Source of the DNA: Octopus vulgaris
Lineage: Eukaryota
Length of the DNA stretch: 64,000 nt
Direction of reading: 5' to 3'
NCBI GenBank assembly: GCA_951406725.2
Contig: OX597814.1
Location: forward strand, 29,760,001 to 29,824,000
In this document: positions 56,262-64,000 of the stretch, piece after piece
Position numbering within the stretch: position 1 is the stretch's first letter
How the letters are laid out: the number at the start of each line of letters is the position of its first letter
Made by a program: the position numbers and the translations under genes
The notes under the pieces: model-generated
Told to the model about the DNA's origin: nothing
Databases searched by the model: none
Seen by the model: the letters and a program-made list of their open reading frames with translations, nothing else

Positions 56262-57039
56262 TTATTACCCCTGCCTTCGCAAAGGCGGAGGTATTGTTTT
56301 CAGTCATATTTGTTTGTTTGTTTGTCCGTGGACAAGATATCTCAAGAACCACTGGAAGGATTCAGATGAAACTTTCAGGGAAGTCTGGCCTCATGACTGG
56401 CACAAACTGATTAGGTTTTGGGATTGATCTGGTACCAGACAAGGATTCTTCATTATTTTTTTCTGTTTTTTTTTCACCTAAGGTGTAGGAGTGGCTATAT
56501 GGTAAGTAGCTTGCTTACGAACCACATGGTTCTGGGTTCAGTCCCACTGAGTGGCACTTTGGGCAAGTGTCTTCTGCTATAGCCTCGGGCTGACCAAAGC
56601 CTTGTGAGTGGATTTGGTCGACGGAAACTGAAAGAAGCCCGTCATATATGTATGTATGTTTGTGTGTCTGTGTTTGTCCCCCCAACATTGCTTGACAACC
56701 GATGCTGGTGTGTTTACGTCTCCGTAACTTAGCGGTTCGGCAAAAGAGATCGATAGAATAAGTACTAGGCTTACAGGGAATAAAGTCCTGGGGTCGATTT
56801 GCTTGACTAAAAGGCGGTGCTCCAGCATGGCCGCAGTCAAAATGACAGAAACAAGTAAAAGAGTAAAAGCGTAAGAGTAATTTTTGAGAGCAGTCAAGTT
56901 AATTTTTAGTATTCTCGTTTGTGAGAACAGTTGAGTTTATTTCAGATATTCTCATTTTAAAAATCATCTCTTGCTAATTGTTGAGAGGACGTTGGTGTTG
57001 CCTTGGTGGAGGTTTGCACTCTCTGAGTGCTCTTGTTTT
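56262..57039 (+). mobile_element. DINE-1/HINE-type (Helentron-associated) non-autonomous element containing a nested SINE
   Basis: 5' ttacccctgcc with nearby inverted ggcggaggta, (gttt)n-gtcc microsatellite, 3' ggtggaggt subterminal repeat, stem-loop gcactc-tct-gagtgc, then a T-run. Confidence 0.8.
56482..56880 (+). mobile_element. tRNA SINE family D, full length
   Basis: tggctatatgg / ggttcagtccc boxes, CORE-like tttgggcaagtgtctt, LINE-like tail ggcggtgctccagcatggccgcagtc, (gtaaaaga)-like tail. Confidence 0.9.
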
Positions 57040-57300
57040 CATATGTAATTATTGGAGGGGCTGAGAGAAACGTCAATACCAATAAAATAAATATAAACAA
57101 TTTGCTATTGAACCGCACCACAGAGACATAATAATTTCTCACAATGCAAGCCCAATTTCTTACCTATTTTTTGAACCTGCTATTTCTATCCAAAGTCACC
57201 AACATAAACAGAGATAAGCCTTAGTATGTTAACTTTCCTACCACACACTACATGAAAATGAAATTTTCAGGGATATTTTCAGTTTAGTTATTGTGGGTTA

Positions 57301-57556
57301 ATGTGGAGGTGCGTGGCTTAGTGGTTAGGGTGTCAGCACCATGATCGTAAGATTGTGGTTTCGATTCCTGGACTGGGTGATGCGTTGTGTTCTTGAGCAA
57401 AACACTTCATTTCCTGTTGCTCCAGTCCACTCAGCAAGCAAAAATGAGTAACGCTGCGATGGACTGGTGTCCCATCCAGCTGGGGAACACATACGCCATA
57501 GAAACCGGGAAACCAGGCCCATGAGCCCGGCTAGGCTTTAGAAGGGCACATTTATT
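57301..57556 (+). mobile_element. tRNA SINE, head H2 + tail Y
   Basis: TSD ttattgtgggtta at 57288-57300 and 57557-57569. Confidence 0.92.
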
Positions 57557-57885
57557 TTATTGTGGGTTACGATTAAAGTGTACGCTTGCTGAGCAAAGAG
57601 TTCAGAAGACATATTTTGTCACTTGTTGCTCTGCAGTAGCCATCCTGAACAAGAGAATTAACTCAGAAGTCACCTAAGTCACTTCCAGGTTTACCCTTTA
57701 GTATTCAAACCAACCATATTTGATTAAAATATTTTAACTATATTATGTTCAAACTGGCCAGATCCAGCCTCTTACACTGACCTCCTACAATGTCATTTTA
57801 AAAATATACAATCACAGCATTGAAATGTTAAAGCTACAAGATAATACATGATTAATTCAAAACAATGTGAATAAATAAGCATTAC

Positions 57886-58270
57886 TGGAAGCACTCCGTC
57901 GATTACGACGACGAGGGTTCCGGTTGATCCGATCAACGGAACAGCCTGCTCGTGAAATTAACGTGTAAGTGGCTGAGCACTCCACAGACACGTGTACCCT
58001 TAACGTAGTTCTCGGGGATATTCAGCGTGACACAGAGAGTGACAAGGCCGGCCCTTTGAAATACAGGTACGACAGAAACAGGAAGTAAGAGTGAGAGAAA
58101 GTTGCGGTGAAAGAGTACAGCAAGGATCACCACCATCCCTGCCGGAGCCTCGTGGAGCTTTAGGTGTTTTCGCTCAATAAACACTCACAACGCCCGGTCT
58201 GGGAATCGAAACCGCGATCCTACGACCGCGAGTCCGCTGCCCTAACCACTGGGCCATTGCGCCTCCACAG
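57886..58270 (-). mobile_element. tRNA SINE, head H1 + tail X (young)
   Basis: A-box tggcccagtgg, B-box gtttcgattcc. TSD ataagcattac at 57875-57885 and 58271-58281. Confidence 0.93.
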
Positions 58271-58399
58271 ATAAGCATTACATTTGACAGAGTAATATGA
58301 ATGAAAAGGGTGAAATCAGTACCATTAGGAACTGTACAATTCACTACATAACTGATCAGTATATTCTTGCCTTGTAATTATGGACATTGTATCGGGAAG

Positions 58400-58790
58400 G
58401 ACTGTGGTAAAGAAGCTTGCTTTTCAACTATGTGGTTTGGAGCTCAGTGCTATTGTATGGCACCTTGTGCAAGTGCCTTCTGCTATAGCCCTGGGCCAAC
58501 CAATGCCTTGTGAGTGAATTTCATAGATGGAAACTATAAGTAAGCCTGTCACATGTGTGTGTGTGTGTGCACACTCACATCTGTGTGTTTGTGTTTGTTT
58601 CCCCACACCCACCTGACAACTTGTATTGGTTGGTTAATGTCCCCCATAACTTGGCAGTTCAACAAAAGTGACCAATACAATAAGTACCAAACATAAAAAT
58701 GAGTACTGGGGTTGATTTATTCAGTTAAACCCTTCAAGGTGATGCCGTAGCATGGTCACAGTCCAATGACTGAAACAAGCAGAAGATAAG
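58400..58790 (+). mobile_element. older SINE family D copy
   Basis: Collinear with 56482-56880; tail cacagtccaatgactgaaacaag. Confidence 0.8.
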
Positions 58791-59004
58791 AGATACTCTA
58801 AGACATGAAAACTGTCTTCATGTGTTACTTCTGCAATTCCACAGATTATAGGACGGACAAATTGGTTAAGGGGAGAAGTGTTTATTTGAAGAAAAATAAT
58901 CAATAAATATATAGAGGTAGAATGTGTGAAAAACCTCTTGCTATATGGTCAGAGGTTCTAATCCTATCACAGTAGGCAAATATCACTTTGGTCTTTAAGC
59001 GCCA

Positions 59005-59395
59005 GGTGTAAGCATGGTTGTGTGGTTGTGAAGTTTGCTTTGCAACTATGTGGTTTTAGGTTCAGTCCCACTGTGTGATGCCTTGGCAAAGCGTCTTTTG
59101 CTAAAGTTCCAGGCCAACCAATGCCTTGTGAGTGAATTTAGAAGATGGAAACTGTGTGGAAGCTTGTCATGTGTGTGTGTGTGTGTGTTTCTGTTTGTTT
59201 TTCACCCAGTGCTTGGCAACTGGTGTTGGTTTGTTTATGGCCCTGTCACTTAGTGGTTTGGCAAAAGAAACTGAGGAGTAAGTACCAGATTCAAAAAATA
59301 AGAATTGGGATCAATTTTTTTGATTAAACCTTTCAAGGTGGTGCTCCAGCCTGGCAACAGTCCAATGACTGAAACAAGTAAATGATAAAAGATAA
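59005..59395 (+). mobile_element. older SINE family D copy
   Basis: ggttcagtcccactg...ggtgctccagcctggcaacagtccaatgactgaaacaagt. Confidence 0.8.
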
Positions 59396-59671
59396 CAGTG
59401 AAAAGACAGACAATAACAAAAAGTTTTGTTCTTAGAGTTATGCTTAAAATTAAAAAAACAAAACAGAAGTTAAAATATTAAACAATTAGCAACAGTCATG
59501 AATTGAAACTCATGGCAAGGTGTTCAATAGCTCAACATATCAGTCCCACTGTTATTCAGTAATATTATCCATAATTGCAACCATTTTATTGTACCCCTAA
59601 GCTTGTCTCTAAATAGTGTTTCATAAGCCTAAAGGGCAATAGTGAAGTATTAGTCTCCATATATTCTTCAC

Positions 59672-59939
59672 CCGCCTTACTGGCACCTGTGCCGGTGGCA
59701 TGTGTAAAAAGATTCGAGCGAGGTCGTTGCCAGTACCGCCTGACTGGCCCTCGTGCCGGTGACACGTAAAAGCACTCACTACACTCTTGGAGTGGTTAGC
59801 GTTAGGAAGGGCATCCAGCTGTAGAAACTCTGCCAGATCAAGATTGGAGCTTGGTGCAGCCATTTGGCTCGTCAGCCCTCAGTCAAATCGTCCAACCCAT
59901 GCTAGCATGGAAAGCGGACGTTAAATGATGATGATGATT
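59672..59939 (+). mobile_element. SINE-like family B (left arm of inverted pair)
   Basis: Family B units and tail. Confidence 0.88.
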
Positions 59940-60146
59940 TAACATCCACTATTCTATGCTAGCATGGGTCAAATGGAATATGTTGAGGTAGTTTTTCTAT
60001 GTCCAGATGTACTTGCTGTCACCAACCCTCATCTTTTTTCCAAGAAAACTAATATTTTTTCCCATAACTAGACATGTTTTTTCACAGAAGACCTGGGATC
60101 ACAACCTCATTTGTATGACAATGTTGCTCATTTACAATCACCATGT

Positions 60147-60363
60147 AATCATCATCATCGTTTAACATCTGCTTTCCATGCTAGCATAGGTTGGATGATT
60201 TCACTGAGGGCTGGTGAGCCAAATGGCTGCACCAGGCTCCAATCTTGATCTGGTAGAGTTTCTACAGCTGGATGCCCTTCCTAACGCCAACCACTCCGAG
60301 AGTGTAGTGGGTGCTTTTTATGTGTCACCGGCACAAGGGCCAGTCAGGCGGTACTGGCAACGA
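60147..60363 (-). mobile_element. SINE-like family B (right arm of inverted pair)
   Basis: Reverse complement of 59724-59939 with scattered mismatches. Confidence 0.88.
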
Positions 60364-60708
60364 GGTATCACAGCTACAATTTCCATTTGATTTTTTGATG
60401 TTGATGTACTTGACTCAATAGGTCTCTAACTAAAATATTTGAAAGTTAAGCATCTTGGCCATGAACAGCGTAGTGCTAATGGCAGGATGTAAAACTGCCA
60501 AGCTCTCAGTTGGCTTCTGGTGCCCTATCCACTCAGGTATCTTAATTCTTTAGCTTCCTTTACAGTAGATATAAAGACAAACAAGATATTAAGAAAACCC
60601 ATGAAGATTCTTCCAGTTGGCCTCTTTCTATTCTAACATTTCTCAATTGATTATTTTCTTATTTTCTAATGAAGGGCTTTGCTCCAAAAATTAAGTATTT
60701 CCTCCTCC

Positions 60709-61017
60709 TCATCATCATCGTTTAACGTTCGTTTTCCATGCTAGCATGGTTTGGATTGTTCGACTGGGGTCTGGGAAGCCAGGAGGCTGCATCAGGCTCC
60801 ACTCTGATCTGGCAGTGTTTCTACAGCTGGATGTCCTTCCTAACGCCAACCACTCCATGAGTGTAGTGGGTGCTTTTTACGTGCCACCGGCCCAGGGGCC
60901 AGAGGAGGCTGGCAAACGGCCACGATTGGTTGGTGCTTTTACGTGTCACCGACACGGACGCCCGTCAGGCGGCGCTGACATCTGCCATGTTCGGACGGTG
61001 CTTTTAATGTGTCACCT
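60709..61017 (-). mobile_element. SINE-like family B
   Basis: Family B tail plus units. Confidence 0.85.
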
Positions 61018-62699
61018 TTAGAAATCTTAACACCTTTTTTTTGCTATTACTTTCACTGTATTAACTCTTGCAGATAGATCTCCTGCCTCTAATTTTTGTA
61101 AGTTCTAGTCTACCTCCATGATAACAGAATCTACTTGTGTTTTTAATGTATCTTTTTAAGAGGGAAGGCAGAGTCCATGATCCTCACAGAGCCCCCAAGA
61201 TGAGTGGGAAGGAGGGAAGAAGGCATCCTCAAACCAGAAAGCTAGCCTAAATGGTCACAACTGAATGGACTCCACTAAAAATACCCAAAGTGCCAGGTAT
61301 CATTGTCAAACTAAGTGAAGAATTAAGTCTATCACTTAAGTTGGTCTTAGTGGAATTTGAATTCAGAATGCCATGAAGCAGAACAAATATAACAAGGTAC
61401 CTGGTTTGACATTCTTAAAGTTCTGCCTATCCGTTCTTCTGGATTGGTACTTTATTGACCCAGAAAGGATGAAAGGCAAAGTTGATTTAGGCAGGATTAG
61501 AACTCAGAAAATTGGGTGTCAGAAAAAATACTGCAAAGCACTTTATCCAACATCCTAACGACTGCTGATTTGCTGCCTTGGATACGAGAGAGGTGAGTGT
61601 ATGATGGATATAAGTAAATTTTGCTTTTACTTGATAGTATAATGTTGAAGGTTAGTATGGCACATGATGCAGTAAAACATCTACGTCAGGAATATAAAGA
61701 TGTTTTAATTTATTAAAAAAAAAAAAGAAAAAGAAAATCTCAGTTAAGTGTACCAACCTCATTTGTTTAAATCAAAATGTAAAAGGAGTATTAAAATCAC
61801 AGTAAAAAAAAAATAATAAAATTGAGATCTTTGTTATAAGGAGGTTTCTTCTACACGATGAAAACAATAGAGTTGCTTTGTTTCAAAAGTAAGAATTGTA
61901 AACAATTTTCTGTTAAAAACAATGAGGTGACAGTCAAATAAATCAGCTGTGTTTTGACTTAGTGAAAGCACTTGGAACTTGCCATGAAATCTGAAAAATA
62001 AACAAACAAATAGGCATAAGTCTAGCTGTTACTATGTAAAGGGATACGTATGTAAAGAGATAAGATTCTAGAAGTTATTAGAGAAAATAACGAATTACAG
62101 GTTACAAAGTTAATTTAAATCAAGAACGTTAGCAAGTTAGTAATACATGTTAAACAAATGAAAAGAATGATGAACAATATGATAGTGTCAAATAGCACAG
62201 CAATATGAGAAGGTTTGAGAAAAACCATGTATGATGTTGTTTATATAATCTATAGCCTTTTATATAATGATAAATTAGATATCTATTAAATTATAAAATG
62301 GTGGTCTGTACCATTCTTTTGGATTTTTAGTCCAATCTGGATGATGCAGTTACACAATTTCCTTGAATCATTTTTAATCTAGCTATAGTATAGTGGGAGA
62401 TGTTCTTGAAGTAAGAGGCAAAGTGATGTCAAATGATGAAGCAAGCAATTTGACCATCCACTTTTTTGCAAATGCAGTCACTGAGAACAGATGTATGCAA
62501 GCATGGGAACCTCAGGCATTCTACCTACTAGCCAGCTGGTAGAGTAGAGAGTGTTTCTGGGTCACACAGCAAGTTCCAGTCAGTGGTTGAGAAGTTCCAT
62601 TTTTGGAATCATTTGCCAAATCAAGGTAAGGGACTTTTTTTTGCTTTACACTTCTCTGATAACACTAACTATCCAGCTTATAATATTTGTTGTTAATTA

Positions 62700-62984
62700 A
62701 AAACACCCTTTTGAGTGATAAAAAACTCCATTTGTGCAGGTGGCATGTAAAAAACACCATTTGAGTGTGGCCGTTGCCAGTACTGACTGGCCCTCGTGCT
62801 GGTGGCATTTAAAAGCACCTACTACACTCTCGGAGTGGTAGGCGTTAGGAAGGGCATCCAGCTGTAGAAACTCTGCCAGATCAGATTGGAGCCGGGTGCA
62901 GCCATCTGGCACGCCAGTCCTCAGTCAAATCGTCCAACCCATGCTAGCATGGAAAGTGGACGTTAAACGATGATGATGATGATG
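62700..62984 (+). mobile_element. SINE-like family B
   Basis: Units + ggcgttaggaagggcatccagctgtagaaac + (gat)n. Confidence 0.87.
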
Positions 62985-63509
62985 TTCTATATATCTAAGG
63001 GCAGTGAATTTTCAGAACTGATAAAACATTAGTTAAAATCCATTTTAGTTATGGCCCTTACATCTTGATTTCAAGTATTAGTCAAATACCTGGATAAATT
63101 TAAGTGATTGTCTTCTCTCCTCAGATATGTGGCTTTTTGCAATATTAGAAATCAATATCCTATACCTCTATCTTGCAATTAATAATTATGTTAACATAAC
63201 CTTTCCCACCGACAAAAGACCTCAAACAAATCCAAGAAAAAGAAAACCCACAATACATACCTGGCACTGCAGGTAGTTGGCATATTAGGGCCTTCATATA
63301 GACAATCTTGAGGGATAATAAATGCTTGTTCAGGAAATTCCTCATAGCTTTGTACTACTGTCCATTCATGTTGTTGAACAACACTCATTGTTGTCTGTTG
63401 ATCTTCCCGAAGAAGTATTGGTGCAGTCAAATGTATCTCAAATGCTTTTTCACCCCCTGACACATGGGGGTCACCCTGTAATTAAGGAAAAAAAATTAAT
63501 AAAAAAACT

Positions 63510-63893
63510 TGGAAGCACTCCGTCGGTTACGACGACGAGGGTTCCGGTTGATCCGATCAGCGGAACAGCCTGCTCGTGAAATTAACGTGTAAGTGGCTGA
63601 GCACTCCACAGACACGTGTACCCTTAACGTAGTTCTCGAGGATATTCAGCGTGACACAGAGAATGACAAGGCCGGCCCTTTGAAATACAGGTACAACAGA
63701 AACAGGAAGTAAGAGTGAGAGAAAGTTGTGGTGAAAGAGTACAGCGGGGATCATCACCATCCCCTGCCGGAGCCTCGTGGAGCTTTAGGTGTTTTCGCTC
63801 AATAAACACTCACAATGCCCAGTCTGGGAATCGAAACCGCGATCCTATGACCACAAGTCTGCTGCCCTAACCACTGGGCCATTGTGCCTCCAC
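63510..63893 (-). mobile_element. tRNA SINE, head H1 + tail X
   Basis: Near-identical to 57886-58270. TSD taataaaaaaact at 63497-63509 and 63894-63906. Confidence 0.93.
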
Positions 63894-64000
63894 TAATAAA
63901 AAAACTAAGTTGTTTAGTAATACTGTTCTTCAGTAGAATTTCTTTTTGCAACAATGTGATGATTATCTTTGATATCTTTATAGGTATTGTGGATAAGAGA

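Noticed and set aside
58195-58268. tRNA gene
   Set aside because: The A/B boxes belong to a SINE head that continues into body and tail and is bounded by TSDs. The same applies to all other tRNA-like heads in the window.
62420-63463. Possible exons near 62.4-62.6 kb (AAG|gtaagg) and ORFs at 63160-63463
   Set aside because: No recognisable protein similarity, interrupted frames and no convincing acceptor/donor pair.
38349-63809. Recurrent short ORFs such as LQLDALPNANHS and FIERKHLKLHEAP
   Set aside because: They are translations of family B and H1 SINE copies, not paralogous genes.

Overview
AT-rich, repeat-dense animal genomic DNA. The tRNA-SINE, LINE and Helitron repertoire and the huge (TA)n/(TACA)n tracts point to a coleoid cephalopod such as Octopus (inference). 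There are three zones. (1) 1-11.8 kb is mostly purine-pyrimidine-alternating micro/minisatellite, which produces all the giant 'YIH/ICM' ORFs as artefacts, with SINEs and LINE 3' ends in between. (2) About 13-32.6 kb is CpG-retaining and repeat-poor. It holds the only well-supported protein gene: a 4-exon minus-strand TEX14-like pseudokinase, model complement(26381..27829,28475..28798,30382..30547,30746..30750), 647 aa. The gene appears to lack ankyrin repeats and carries three F-actin-binding-like helical motifs in its tail. This zone also has a MITE with an 8-bp TSD, Helitrons and a candidate structured element at 18.9 kb. (3) About 33-64 kb is CpG-depleted and packed with SINEs built from interchangeable head and tail modules, RTE and mariner remnants, mosaic non-autonomous Helitrons, a DINE/HINE-type element and a close inverted SINE pair. 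Everything was read by eye; family names come from remembered consensus motifs and need database confirmation.
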